Counted from the whole stretch's first letter, positions 47,576 through 61,373 are shown. The stretch: 63,995 nt of DNA, filler included, from Circinaria calcarea (GCA_051942165.1; 11 parts of 11 records of this genome joined end to end with filler, not necessarily neighbours in it); one strand, 5' to 3'. The notes: generated by a model from the letters alone, not told the origin. Made by a program: numbers and translations.

Positions 47576-48806
47576 CTACAAGCTACCTGTAACCAATGCA
47601 CCATCCTTGGCGGGCTCCAATAATCTCCATTCGCACCTAACATCGTAGCCTTTGAGTTTGTGACTAGACATGATCTTGATGATAGAATCCGCTATATGTT
47701 CAAAGTTCTTTGTAGCTAAGGCCAGTATGGTAGGTCCAGCACCCGAAAGACATATCCCTAGGAGGCCTGGGTGTGACTCTGGCGATAGTGAGTCTAGGAC
47801 TTCACGGAGACCAGGTACCAAGGGAGCACGGTATCGCTGATGCACTTTGTCCTGCATCGCTTCGTAGACTTTCTCCGCATTGGGTGGAGATTGAGCCAAC
47901 GCTGTAGTCAATGCTATAAGCCGTGACATGTTGAATATCTAGTGTGTCAATTAGCATGTAGAACTTTGATACCCAGTGCTATTCTGACCATGGCTGCTTT
48001 GGTGTAATGGGGTGGTAGGACCGCTCTCGCGTCTGCTGTCTTCACCTCGAAATCAGGGATAATTGCAATCGCCTTGATCTCCGGCGCCCATGCGAGCTCA
48101 TTGCAATGCCCAATGCCAACTGGTGGCTCAGGTGGTTTCCTTCCTGTATCAAGGCCGCCCGCTGGCTCTGGGAGGACCTCGCTCAGTGGAATTTCAACCC
48201 GAGCCATCACTTCCGGGTCAAGCTCCGCCAGGTAGGTCGCCACAAATCCACCAAATAGGGCCGCTGCCACATTGTCTGGATGTCTTTCTATCATGAGGCA
48301 ATAGTCCAAAAGTCTAGGTTTTGACAAACCAAGTTTACCAACCTCATTACCTAGGATGACTCCCGCTACAACTGCAGCACCAGAGGAGCCCAAGCCTCTT
48401 CCCAGTGGGATAGGGTTTATTATATGCACATTCGTGTGGGTTGGGAACTCATGCTGGCTATGACAACGGAGAACGTACAAGGCGCTCTGAGTGATCAAGT
48501 TACGATCCGGAGCTAGGTCTACCTTCTCCGATTCTTGTCCCTCGTACGTGACAGTACAGTTGAGGAGACAATGCTTTGGCTGTGCCGAATTGGAAGTTAT
48601 CTCGACTTGCAATTCCAAGTAGACAGATAACCCGACTCCTAGCACATCGTATCCCGGACCTTCTCAAGTCAACTAGGTACTCTACATGCCATACGGATAG
48701 AACGACATACCAAGGTTCGCGGACGAACAAGGAACTTCTAGGGGTACGAGTTAGCCTCAGCTGATGTACGCCCTGAAATGAGCGGTGACTTACTTATTGA
48801 AAGCAT
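47576..48806 (-). CDS. THR1: Homoserine kinase
   Basis: Spliced MLSIKVPCSSANLGPGYDVLG; PIPLGRGLGSSGAA, ERHPDNVAA, MQDKVHQRYR, LSGAGPT; three introns. Confidence 0.96.
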
Positions 48807-49376
48807 TTTATACAGTAAGTTCTACGAGACACCAAACGACGGCTATGTACACTCCTGATATTTATATATGATTAATACTAGAGTATACCTCTAGGCTAGA
48901 TGATCGGAGTCTTTATATAGATTAACATCTGGAACAGTTACTTTTTAAATAGAGGAATCTTAATTAATGATGTATGAAAACTTGGTAGAGTTGTAGTTGT
49001 GAATGGGGCACTCACCCACAAACCACAAAGACGGAACCGAAACTATTAGCGCAGCCCTACCGGTATGGGGCTTCGGTGCACAAGATATTTTCCCACCAAC
49101 TGACTACTATAAATCCCATACTTTTCAAGAATATCTTGGAGACGGTTTCTCTTGTCAACTCTTACGGGTCAATATCTGTGCTGAGATGCTTTCTCCAGTG
49201 TTGTTTTGACAGTCTCCTAGTCTAATTTTGCATGTGATTGGTTTTGTAAATTTCGAAATACTGTTCGTGTTTACTGTGGTACTTGTAATCACCAGAGTCT
49301 CTGAGGGTTTCCGGGTCATACACCATCTACATCTGAGTCTTAGCAGCATCAAGTTTTCGCCTTTCTTGGAAACCCC

Positions 49377-51903
49377 ATGGAACCTATTAGGATACTCCTG
49401 GTTGGCAATGGTGGCAGAGAACATGCCCTAGCCTGGAAGCTCAGCCAGTCAGCCAGGGTCGAAGTGATTTACGTTGCGCCTGGCAATGGAGGAACAGCAT
49501 CTGATCACCGGCATAAGATTCAGAATGTCAGCTATCTTATGCCAGATGATTTCGACAGTCTCATAGCTTTTGCAAAGGATAAGCATGTCAACCTGGTAGT
49601 ACCTGGCCCCGAAGCCCCGTTGGTGGCAGGTATTGCAACAGTCTGCCGCGCAGGTGAGACTCCTGAACATGCTACAAAATGTGTCCTGCTATGGGTCTAT
49701 TGACGACTCATATATCAATTGTGGCCGTCTGACCCACGCATTCACTGTATTTTTTTATAGCTAATCTATCATCATAGCTGGTCTACGGTGTTTTGGACCT
49801 TCGAAAGCCGCCGCGCGGATGGAAGGCTCAAAGGCATTTGCAAAGGATTTTATGTCAAGGCATAACATACCTACAGCAGAATACAAAAATTTCAATAGTT
49901 ACGAGTCGGCAAAGGCCTATATTGACACTGTTCCTCACAAGATCGTCCTCAAAGCGGACGGCTTAGCAGCAGGAAAAGGGGTGGTGATTCCATCCTCGAA
50001 GGAAGAAGCTCACCATACCTTAGAGCAGATTATGTTGAAAAAGGAATTCGGCACGGCAGGGGATGAGGTCGTCATTGAAGAGTTCCTTGAGGGCGAGGAG
50101 CTAAGTATACTGTCATTTAGTGACGGTTACACGATCAAGTCACTACCTCCAGCACAGGATCATAAGCGAATCTATGATGGAGATCAAGGCCCAAATACGG
50201 GTGGCATGGGTTGCTATGCGCCTACAGAACTTGCAACACCGGAGTTGGTCGAAAGCATAAACCGAACCATCCTACAGCCGACCATCGATGGAATGAGGAG
50301 GGAAGCCGTCCCCTTTGTTGGACTGCTATTTACCGGGCTAATGATTACCAAGACTGGTCCGAAGACTCTGGAGTATAATGTGCGGTTTGGTGATCCAGAA
50401 ACGCAGACACTGCTGCCCCTTCTGAGTGCAGATACTGATCTTGCTGAGATCATGATTGCATGCACAGAAGGGTGGCTTGATGCTGTCCAAATCAAGGTAG
50501 ACTCGAAGTTTTCTGCCACTGTGGTTGCATCCGCGGGAGGCTATCCAGGCCCTTATGTACGTGGTGATGAGATACAGCTTGAAGAACCACCTTCAAATAC
50601 TACTATGTTTCATGCCGGTACAGTATTGACTTCCGGTGTACTTCAAACCCACGGCGGCCGCGTTATAGCTGCCACGTCTACCGGCTCCACCCTTGCCGAA
50701 GCTCTTCAAAGGGCATACTCTGGCATCTCCACAATCAAGTTTCCCAACATGTACTACCGGAAAGACATTGGCCACCGATCTTTAAGGAAAAATCCCCAAG
50801 CTCCGTCAAACGGTAGTTTAGATCCACTAACCTATGCCGCAGCTGGGGTCTCGATCTCCTCTGGCAATGATCTCGTGAAAATGATCACTCCACTTGTTGC
50901 ATCTACGGCTCGACCTGGTACCGACGCCGCCATTGGTGGCTTCGGGGGCATTCTCGATCTTTCGGCCGCAGGATACTCCTCCCCGCCTCTTATCATTGGC
51001 GCAATTGATGGGGTAGGGACGAAGTTAAGCATTGCCCATGCAATGCAGAAACATGACACTGTAGGTATCGATCTAGTGGCTATGAATGTCAACGACCTCG
51101 TCGTACAGGGCGCAGAGGCATTGTTTTTCTTAGATTGCTATACTTGCGGAAAGCTCGATGTCCAAATTGCTGCTAGTTTCGTACGAGGAGTCGCGCGCGG
51201 ATGTATAGAAGCCGGATGTGCCCTTATTGGAGGGGAAACGGCCGAGATGCCCGGCTTGTTTACTGCTGGTGGGCTAGCAAAGGCTGATGGAGGTGTGTAT
51301 GATGTTGTCGGTGCAGCAGTCGGGGCAGTCGAGAAAGGGAGAAAGCTCTTACCAGATAAAGAAGCAATGGCAGCCGGCGATGCAATACTAGGCCTCGCTT
51401 CAAACGGCTGCCACTCCAATGGATTCTCTTTGATACGAAAGATCATCCAGCGTGCAGGCCTGAGATTTACCGATTCAGCACCGTGGCACGATGTTGAGAG
51501 TATTGGAGAAAGCTTATTGACTCCAACCCGGATCTACGTTAAGCCGGTATTAAAGGTGGCAAAGAAGGGATTGGTAAAAGGGATGTCGCACATCACGGGC
51601 GGAGGGTTACTAGAGAATATCCCTCGCATGCTTCCCAAACATCTTGCGGCAGAGCTCGATACCTCCAAATGGCCGATGCCAAAGGTCTTTCGCTGGTTGA
51701 AAACTGCAGGACGACTTGATAATTTGGAGTTTGCCAGAGCTTTCAACACCGGACTGGGCATGGTTCTGGTGGTGTCAGAATCGAAGTTAGAACAGACTAT
51801 TGCAGAACTCGAAGCAGCAGGAGAAACGGTCTACGAGATTGGTACTGTTGTGCCGAGGGACGGCGAAGGTTGTGTGCTGAAAAATATGGAAGCATGGCAA
51901 TGA
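49377..51903 (+). CDS. ADE5,7: Bifunctional phosphoribosylamine-glycine ligase / AIR synthetase
   Basis: ILLVGNGGREHALAWKL, EGSKAFAKDFM, KADGLAAGKG, QDHKR, EYNVRFGDPE, then TYAAAGV, DGVGTK, GGETAEMPG, HITGGG; intron ~49654-49777. Confidence 0.97.
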
Positions 51904-52320
51904 TTTTTGCATGGAAAGTCCTGATATCATCTTACATCCACGATAGAAAGATGTTGTAGTCTAGAACAAAACTATTCACCAACTCGTGTAAAGTTCTGTT
52001 GATAATTGTCTTCAAGGTGTTCGGGGTTGCTTTTTGCGAATCCAGGGTAAGAGTAAGCGGGCGCGCTAGCCAGCCCCTGCAGACAGTGCAAACTTCCCAA
52101 ATGTAGAAGCTCCCTTTTGGAGCGCCAAATAAATATCATCCCAAAATCACCACTTCACCAACCAGCCAGGCTCGAATCCTACACCCCCAAGCTCTTCCAA
52201 GTCCATAATATCTCGACGGAGACAATTTCTACAAATCCCCCCACACGTACCCTCCAAACCTCCCACCCTCCGCTCTTACCAAACGGAAAAAGAAAAACAA
52301 GCCAAAAAGAAAAAAGAAAT

Positions 52321-52699
52321 ATGGAAAACCTCTCCGCCGTCGACTTCTCCAAACTCAGCGACGTCGACAAGCGCGAACTGCAACAGTTCGTCGTCAGCGA
52401 GGCTCAACTGTCGACGCAACGAAAAGGTAAAAATTTTCCCCTTTCCCCATTCTCTCGTTTCCCCCTTCTCGTTTTCCCCGTCTTCTAACTAACCATTTGG
52501 CCTCCCTTTTCGGGGGCGGGGGCCGGGGCGCACAGCAATCCACACCCTGACGGACACGTGCTGGAAAAAGTGCATGACGGGCGGGATTTCGTCGGGGAAG
52601 CTGGAGAGGCGCGAGGAAGGGTGCGTGCAGAATTGCGTGGAGAGGTTCTTGGACGCGACGGATTTGGTGGTGAGGAATTTGCAGGGGATGAGGGGGTGA
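52321..52699 (+). CDS. TIM8: Mitochondrial small Tim chaperone Tim8
   Basis: DFSKLSDVDKRELQQF../IHTLTDTCWKKC..EEGCVQNCVERFLD twin CX3C; one intron ~52427-52535. Confidence 0.93.
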
Positions 52700-53339
52700 A
52701 TGNNNNNNNNNNNNNNNNNNNNNNNNNNNNNNNNNNNNNNNNNNNNTTAATTAATTAANNNNNNNNNNNNNNNNNNNNNNNNNNNNNNNNNNNNNNNNNN
52801 NNGAAAAAACCCCCCCCCCAAAAAAGCAGGATCCATCGCCCTGGCTACTCTGTACCAATGAAAACTACACTTGCACTTTCCCCCTTTCGAATCCGGGGTC
52901 CGGGCGACAGCTAAGCTACCTTATCCAACTAAAGTATGTTTTCCAATTCGCGTTAGAGATCTTCTTCCCGGCAGTGAGTTTCCGTGATATAATTTCTCCG
53001 GTACGAAGTAAGAGCAGAGGCTTCGGATGGGAAAGTGTGGGGATGGATGGGACTAAGGAGGGGCGGAGAGGGGCCTTGGAGGATAGCAATAAGTATGTTG
53101 GTAGTTCTGAAAGGTAATAAAGCTTATACTGCTCTCGAGAAAGTTCAACAGGGTGTTGATCTCTTTGGGTTTTGACTACATGAGAGGCTGGTTCCCTGTT
53201 TCTGTATCTACATCTCCAAGACAGCTAGTCCTCATCTTGTTGACAGTGACTGCCTCCCTCATAGCCCTCACCTTAATGTATGGAATATACATATATATAT
53301 CCTTTAAAAACCCGTATAACCCATCATATACAGTCCAAC

Positions 53340-55208
53340 ATGGCCACACCCATCCGCACCGGACCCTTGAAACCTTCCCTTTGCTCAACCATTACCGCCA
53401 TCGACTCGAGCACCGAAAATCCACTGGAAAAGGGCAGCCCCGACACCTCGCCACATCCCTTCCTGACATGGCGGTCCGTCGTCATGGGCCTTTTGATCTC
53501 GATGGGCGGCCTGATCTTCGGCTACGACACCGGCCAGATTTCTGGCTTCCTCGCCATGGATAATTTCCGCGAACGCTTTGGCGGATACGACCCGGTGACG
53601 GAGGCATACTCGTTCAGCAACGTGCGCGCGGGACTCATTGTGGGCATGGTATGTGATGAGATGGTGAAGTTTGCTCGTGAGAATACTGAACGGGTTTTCT
53701 AGTTGTCCATCGGTAATCTTATTGGCGCCTTGATCGGGGCTCCCGTCGCCAACAAATATGGGAGGAAACCGTCGATATCTTTCTGGAGCGGTGTTTTCGT
53801 CGTTGGTGTGGTCATTCAGATAACTTCGAGTACGGCCTGGTATCAGATTGTGATAGGTAGGGTCGTTGGAGGTCTCGGTGTGGGAGCGCTGTCGATTCTG
53901 GTACCGCTCTATCAGAGTGAAAGTGCTCCGACTCATATACGTGGCCCTATCGTTTGGTAAGGTTCAAATCTCTTTTCTCGTCACACCCTGCTAACTGCCT
54001 TTTACAGTCTTTACCAGCTGTTCATTACATGTGGGATATTGTTCGCCAATATAATCAACTTCGGGACCCATTCGATCAATCATTCGGCGGCTTGGCGCAT
54101 ACCGATGGGCCTCGGCTTCCTCTGGGCAATAATCCTTGGGGTCGGCATACTCTTCTTCCCGGAAAGTCCCAAATTTGTATATCGGTTGGGTCGGGTCGAT
54201 GATGCCAGAAGGACGATGACTAAACTCTTAGGAGTCTCGGAAACCCATGAGAAGGTGGCCAAAGAGCTTCGCGAGATGAAGGAGAAACTGGACGCGGAGC
54301 AGTTAGTCGGCGAACAGAAGTGGTGGGAGATCTTTACCGCTCCCCGTATGGCACACAGAACTTGCCTCGGCGTTGCTCTCATGGCATTCCAACAATTGAC
54401 CGGGGCCAACTTTTTCTTCTATTACGGAACGACGCTTTTCGCTGCAACGGGTCTTGACGACAGCTACGTCACACAGATCATCCTTGGAACTGTCAACCTC
54501 GTGTGCACCTTCCCTGGTCTCTACTTTGTCGAAAAGTTCGGACGTCGGCAATGTCTTGTCCTCGGCGGGTTATGGATGTGCGTCTGCTTCGTGATCTTCG
54601 CAAGTGTTGGTCACTTTGCAGATCCCACGACGCCTGTCGCCGGAAGCATCATGATTGTCTTTGCGTGTCTTTTCATCGCTGCCTTTGCGAGCACCTGGGG
54701 CCCGATGGTTTGGGGGGTCACGGCTGAGCTGTTCCCGGCTCGCTACCGTGCTATAGGCATGGCCATCTCCACGGCGTCCAACTGGATCTTCAACTTCTAC
54801 ATCGCCTTTGCAACCCCGTTCATCACAACCTCCATCGATTACGCGTACGGATACGTCTTTGCCGTCTGTTGCGCAGCGGCGGCGGGAACGGTCTATTTCT
54901 TCGTTCTCGAGTCCAAGGGCAGGACGCTGGAAGAGTTGGACACCATGTATATGCAGGGCGTGAAGCCGTGGGAAAGTAGCAAGTGGGCCGCTGCCACGGA
55001 AGTGGGATTGTATCCGCTGGGTAAATATAAGTTGACGGGGCACTCGCGAGAGGCTGATAGGGATCCACGTGTGGGAATAGAGGAGAATCGGCAGGTAAGT
55101 ACTTTGGATACAACTCCGGGGCATGCACTCAGAGCGAGTGAGGATGCAAGCCGGGGACAATCTGAGATGGCTCCAGTCACTCAGACCGTGTCCTTTACCT
55201 ATACTTGA
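53340..55208 (+). CDS. MFS sugar porter (hexose transporter-like)
   Basis: GGLIFGYDTGQISG, YGRK, PLYQSESAP..IRG, FPESP, FQQLTGANFFFYYG, VEKFGRR, ESKGRTLEE; two introns. Confidence 0.96.
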
Positions 55209-55864
55209 AAGAAGGTGTTGGTATAGATAGAATGATATTCCTGTTAGCGAGTTTCTTTAGTTGATCATACATACATTGACGATTTTACTTGGCATTGTTC
55301 GTTGTTCTCCTTATTGTACTCGACTCGGCTCCCGGAAGCACATGCGTCGACAATCCATTTTGAATGGTCTCCCCGCGCCGACACTAAGCCTGATTAAGAG
55401 CGTGAGCCACAGAACTGGACCTCAGAACCGGATATCAACAGTTGGATCTGCAACAGGCATCACCGGCTTCTCTCGACCGACGCCACGTGCGGGGGATGAT
55501 GAGTCTATACCTAACTTGGCCGAGTGATCCCTTGACGTGGCTTGTTCATGCAGATAATACGCAGGAAATTGATCATCGCTACTGGCTTGTCTTGCTCTTC
55601 CGGCTTTCCCATCCTTCCTACTTCGGCCCAACCATATCTGGAGGACCGATATCGATCTTAGTCAGTCCGGGCAAAAGAGGAGACCATGGAGTCGATATCT
55701 TATCCTCCTGTCATCCGCATACTCCAACCGTCACGCCATATCTGTCCTTTGTTGTCGATAGCATTAGCATCGCCATCAGTTCCCGTATCCTTTCTCATAC
55801 CTATGGAACGGCGGCGGTAATGACGGTGATTCTCATGGTCCGAGGACCTTGAAGGGACTGAGAT

Positions 55865-58557
55865 ATGTCCGCCAACGCCACGAATCCGATTGGACCTCTC
55901 GAAGACAGAGGCCCAGTTGTACTGACTATCACCGTCGCCTTTCTCGTCGCCTCTACACTCTTTGTCGTCCTCCGCCTTGTTTCACGGATAGGGATTGTGA
56001 AGAAAGTGACATGGGATGACCATTTTATCGTGCTTGCATGGGTACGTGCAGCACCAACCCTCTCGGGTCCTTGGGCATGGTAACACTGACCATGCATAGT
56101 TTCTTGCCTTTGGGTTTTCGTTTTCGATATGCTGGGGAACACGCGTTGGCCTGGGACGACACGAGAGAGATATCCTGGCACGGGATCAGATGGCGCTCAG
56201 GAAATCGGAATATGCCTTCTCGGTCCTATATGTGCGTTGTCCAAGGTTAAGCACCTTGGAACTGCTTTGCTAAGCCAACGCAGAATCCAGTGCTCATGGC
56301 CACTAAAACATCGATCTTGATCTTCTACCTTACGTTGTCGAGGAATCAGCAGATTTTCCGCCGGACAACCCTTGCTACCCTTTCCGTGGTCAACGTTGCT
56401 GGACTTGCCCTCACGTTCTTGAATATATTCCAATGCCATCCAGTAGGCGCCGTCTTCGCCGAACCTCTACCACCCACCGCTGCTTGCACTGATATCGTAA
56501 CACTCTATCTGTCGTCCTCGCCAGTGAACATTATCACCGACCTCGCTATCCTATTTCTCCCTATGCCCATCCTAACTGGTATGCGGCTACCTCGCAAACA
56601 GAAGATAATCCTTATAGTCACGTTTAGTTTCGGTGCGTTCGTGGCTGTGGTCGATGTTGTACGCATTGCATATCTTCAAGATGCTTTCCAGGTACGCCTA
56701 CAGGAAGTAGGGAGATCCAACGCGATAGAGTCCACGAATATGGAGCGGGACGACTTTTCGTGGTACGCTTCTCTATCGTTCATGTGGTCAGCAATCGAGG
56801 TACACGTGGGAATAATCTGCGCATGCGTGCCAGCTCTCAAACCGCTTGCATCAAGAATTTTCCCTGGCATATTGCGGGACATGAACGATCCACACGATAC
56901 ATCTCATCTTAATTACCCTGGGACTGCCGATCGCCGGTCGAAAGCGGTCACCATGCAAAAGCGTTTGTCCACGCCTACAAGTCCAGCTCGAATCGAGCCA
57001 CCAGCTGCTCCTGGCGAAGAGAAGGACATGGACATGACAGACTTCCTTGCCACGCCTGAAACAGCGCAGCCTTGCACGAGAACCCCGACTGCAATGAGTA
57101 TCAATACATGGTTATCGCGAACACAAAGCTCGACATTCTTCGATTTCGTCAACGTAGAGAAATCTAAGCCGATGATGAAGATGACCAACAAGGAATCATG
57201 CTTCCCCAACTTCTTTGTGACGATTCTGTTCTTCCTATGGGGGTTTGCCTATGGACTACTTGATATTTTGAATGCTCGGTTTCAGAAAGTAGTAAACATG
57301 GGTTATGGCCAAGTTCTTGGACTCCACGCAGCCTATTTTGCTGCATATCTCATCGCACCTCTCGTGTTTGGCCGATGGATCTTGAAGAAGTGGGGGTTTA
57401 AAGCCTGCTTTATCATCGGACTGTGCCTCTACGGGTGTGGAACACTAATCTTTTGGCCATCCGCCGTGCTTACCTCCTTTCCTGCTTTCATTATCTCAAA
57501 CTTTATAGTGGGACTGGGACTGTCTACGCTCGAGGTCGCTGCTAACCCTTTCATCGCCTTGTGTGGACCTCCAAAACACTCCGAGACTCGCCTGAATCTC
57601 TCACAAGGTGTGCAAGCTATTGGAACTGTTCTCTCGCCATTACTTGCTCAGAAAGTCATGTTCAAGAACGTCATCGATGCCAATGCACTTATCGACGCCC
57701 AATGGGCTTACTTGGGTATAGCATTATTTGACGTTGCTCTCGCACTGGCATTTTATTATCTTCCAATTCCGGAAGCAAGCGATAAGGATCTAGAGGAGGC
57801 AGCAGAAAAGCGACACAGTGTCGGAAGCAACAAGTTCTACAAGCTGCCTGTCATTTACGTTACGCTCGCACTTGGAGTTCTTTGCCAGTTCTTTTACGTT
57901 GGTGGACAAGAGGCAGTTGCCATGAGATTCCTGGCCTACATCGATCTTGTCAAGCCACAGTAAGTTATGACGGATAGTGCGCTTCACGGATTGCCATATT
58001 AATGTGTTCAAAGCTCTGACATCGGCGCCTTCAACTATCAGGTCATTGGTCATACCGCTTTTGCCGCTGGCAGGTTCCTCTGTGCCTTTGCTGGACTCAT
58101 TATTAAGCCACGATGGATTCTACTGTTCCTTTTCTTTGGGATGACGGTTACATCTATCTTGGCCATGAATCTTACTGGGTACGCCGGGGTAGCTATGATC
58201 GTGCTGATCATGTTCTTTGAGGTATGAAAACTGATTTCATCACAATACCATAACTGATCAGCTACAGTCGGGTGTATTTCCCCTGATATTCGCCATCTCG
58301 CTCCGTGGCCTAGGGAGCCATACGAAAACGGGGTCTGTGTTCCTCACGGCAGCTGTTTCTGGCGGGGCCATCTGGCCAGTCATTATGAATCCGATTTCGT
58401 CGAGTCGAGGATTGCGCTACTCGTTCTGCATCGTCGTAGCTGCTTCAGCGCTCGGAGCGCTTTTTCCGCTCTACCTGACCCTCGTGCCTGCTGCAAAGAA
58501 GCAAGTCGATCCGGTACATGGGTCTCGCTCGCCGATTCTGCCGATCGATCGATCAGG
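55865..58557 (+). CDS. Fusion of a Pth11-like rhodopsin domain and a FucP-type (fucose/glucose:H+) MFS permease, 3' truncated
   Basis: N-half LRLVSR..WDD, TKTSILIFY, NIITDLAILFLPMP, WSAIEVHVGIICACVPALKPL; in the same ORF VTILFFLWGFAYGLLDILN, LEVAANPFIALCGP..RLNLSQGVQAIG. Confidence 0.9.
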
Positions 58558-58657
58558 NNNNNNNNNNNNNNNNNNNNNNNNNNNNNNNNNNNNNNNNNNN
58601 NTTAATTAATTAANNNNNNNNNNNNNNNNNNNNNNNNNNNNNNNNNNNNNNNNNNNN

Positions 58658-60104
58658 TCGCAATTCTTGTCGGCTATCATTGTCTCCCAACCAAGTTTCA
58701 TCTTCCTTTAGTATGAGCATGAGCTCTCAGTCCCCAACAACGCCGACAACTGACGGATTAACTAATGCGACAACCATCACAAGCGACATGAGTCGTCAAA
58801 GCAGCCTGATGAGCGACTCGCTTTGCGGAGGAATAGACATGATGGCTCTACCTTCTCACAGATCTGATATTTCGGATTGGAGTCTTGTTGGAGAGCAATC
58901 TCCGTACAAATTCAAGCAATCGTTTGATTCACCCAGTGATGGTAGCTTCAGCCTGTTGAATGCAAACCCTTCGCACTTTGTTATACCCATTGACGATAAT
59001 GCGAATAACGTCAATCATTCGAATCCATCTCTTCCTTCTGTCATCCCTACAGCCATCCCACCATCTTTGAATTCACAGGAGGACTTTGAGATGCGACGAT
59101 CAAAGTCTTCGGAGAGCAATGTCTCCTCTCAATCTCGGGCATCACGTCGTCGCCTAGAGCAAATCGCGCAAAGCTCACGGCCCATCGCCCCCAAACTTTC
59201 CGATGACGAGATAGCGATGTCACGTCAGGCCTCGCTAGAACATCGAATGATTCGGATCAAGTCGGCGGATGGTTACATAAAGGAAGTGATGCCCATCTCA
59301 AAAACGCCACATAGCCGACCCATTCACGAGAAAGTGAAATGCACCAAATGTAACGAGAAGCCAGACGGCTTCCGGGGTCCACACGAACTCCAACGACATA
59401 TTGATCGTGCTCACCGCATGCTTCGTAAAGTGTGGATATGTGTTGACGTTTCACAAAACAAAGATTTTCTTGCAAACTGCAAGGCTTGTCGCCAGAAAAA
59501 GACCTATGGGGCTTACTATAACGCCGCTGCTCATTTGCGCCGTACACACTTCAACAAACGACAAAAGGGACGTAAGGGCAAGGGCAAGAACGAGGAAAAG
59601 CGAGGTGGGAAAGGTGGAGGAGAGTATCCTGCAATGGACGTGCTCAAAATGTGGATGAAAGAGATTGACGAGTTTGTACCCGAGAACATGACTGTCGAGG
59701 ACTTCGAAATTGACGACCTAGACCATTCTACTATTACTGACTTATTCGGTAATTCGAACCACGATCCTCCCTCGCAGCCAACCGTTTTTTTCGAGCCAAT
59801 CCCCTGTCGTACTCTTCGGCCAATCCCAAGCGATATCTCTAATTCAGAAGCAACGATCATGGCTCGAGAAGCGTCCACGCCAGCTACAGCGCGCTTGCAA
59901 CGCCACGGTACTGCACCTAGACGACCAAGCCAGTCAATGATGACTACAGACAATTCACACGTGGAGGACGAAGATTATGGTGGTATCAATTTGCTGGATA
60001 CAAATTATGACTCTTTAATGTTCGATCTCGAAATATCCCCTTCTAATAATCCACAGCTTTATGGTGGATTCGACTCATCACATCTTCTTTCTGAGTTGCA
60101 ATGA
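58658..60104 (+). CDS. C2H2-type zinc-finger protein, KLAP1-like (5' truncated)
   Basis: CTKCNEKPDGFRGPHELQRHIDRAH..WICVD..CKAC..KTYGAYYNAAAHLRRTHF..KRGGKGGG.YP.M..LK.WM. Confidence 0.85.
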
Positions 60105-61284
60105 TTGTGTGCAATTTTTCAAAATTTGTTTGGAACCGTTTTTTCAATTCGTTGATCCGAGACGAATTTGGCGGTTCATGTCTTACCAGTGTTTTGTGGA
60201 AGTTCAGGCCTTTGTTGTGGAGGAAGTACGGCGTGGGATTTATCGGCTTTGGAGTGTCTTATATTGCACGTTATAGTAAGGTAACCAGCACATGCAGTGT
60301 ACAAGGCAGTGGAGGATGACTGATATACGTTTTTGTACTATTCTGGTGGTATCGTCGATAGCACTATTCTTCATGATAATTATCAGTTATTCACGCCCAT
60401 AAATGAAAATCTTTACGACCGCATCGTCTATTGTTGGTAAAGAATATGTACAATGTATCCAACCATAAGGAAGTGCCTACAACACAGTCATAATGTGGTT
60501 AACGCAACTCGGTCACATAAACGTCGCTGATGGTTCAGCGCGGTTCAGCCGTCGCATCAATCATCTGAGGGCATAAGTACATTTCAACCTTCAACGGTCA
60601 GAAGGGAGGACTCTGTGTGACTAACACAACATGATGTAGCAGCTCGTCTAACTATTATGGATATCAATATATTAGCTGCACCCCGAACTCGGGATTGCTG
60701 ACTGACGTTCTCGTTCAGGAAAGAGAGCAAGGGCTGCTTTAAAGGGAGCACTAAAGGAGCAGCGAGGGAGGAAGAAGGAGTACTATTAGGACAGGGCAGG
60801 GGCCGTAACAGGTAGGAGACTGCCAGCTTCGGTTTAAGCTGCCTTCGCTTGGTTGGGTTGCACAGAAATTGCTAGCGCAGCATATACCCTCACGCTTTCT
60901 ACGTCGTTGTTGACACCGCGATATAGCTTGTAAAATAAGTGTGTACCAATATAATCAATTAAATTAAACTGCAAGTTGTATATAAGCCGGGGAACAAGTT
61001 CTTGGTGTTGCCTGTTGATGTAAACAGGGTCTGACCTGTATCGAGCGCGAAAGCAGCCAGTCGTAAAAAGGGATGAGTTCTCGTCAACGCACGCCATGCC
61101 GTATACAGAAGCTGGGTAAAGCAACGTTGTTACATGTAAAACAACGTAAAATCCGAGAGATCAAGAGATAGGGTCGGTTTGTAGTAATGTAAGCTTAGCT
61201 AGGAGCGGAATGTACACTAGCTTTTAGCTGAGCTGTGATGTCGAGTATATATTCTAAACTGACCGATGTTTACACCCAAGTAAC

Positions 61285-61373
61285 GGCCGGATGGTGTAGT
61301 TGGTTATCACGTGTCCTTAACAGCTCCTCGCTAAAAACGGACAAGGTCCTGAGTTCGAGCCTCAGTCTGGTCA
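61285..61373 (+). tRNA. tRNA-Val (anticodon AAC) with a 15-nt intron
   Basis: Acceptor GGCCGGA/TCTGGTC, anticodon stem TGTCC/GGACA with loop TT-AAC-A-[intron]-C, T arm CTGAG-TTCGAGC-CTCAG, oligo-T terminator at ~61380. Confidence 0.95.

Noticed and set aside
5776..58657. Regularly spaced TTAATTAATTAA units every ~5.86 kb as a biological repeat array
   Set aside because: They sit inside N runs and cut genes; the periodicity reflects size-sorted contigs joined by an artificial spacer.
60834..61124. 96-aa ORF upstream of the tRNA
   Set aside because: No recognisable motif or splice-supported model.
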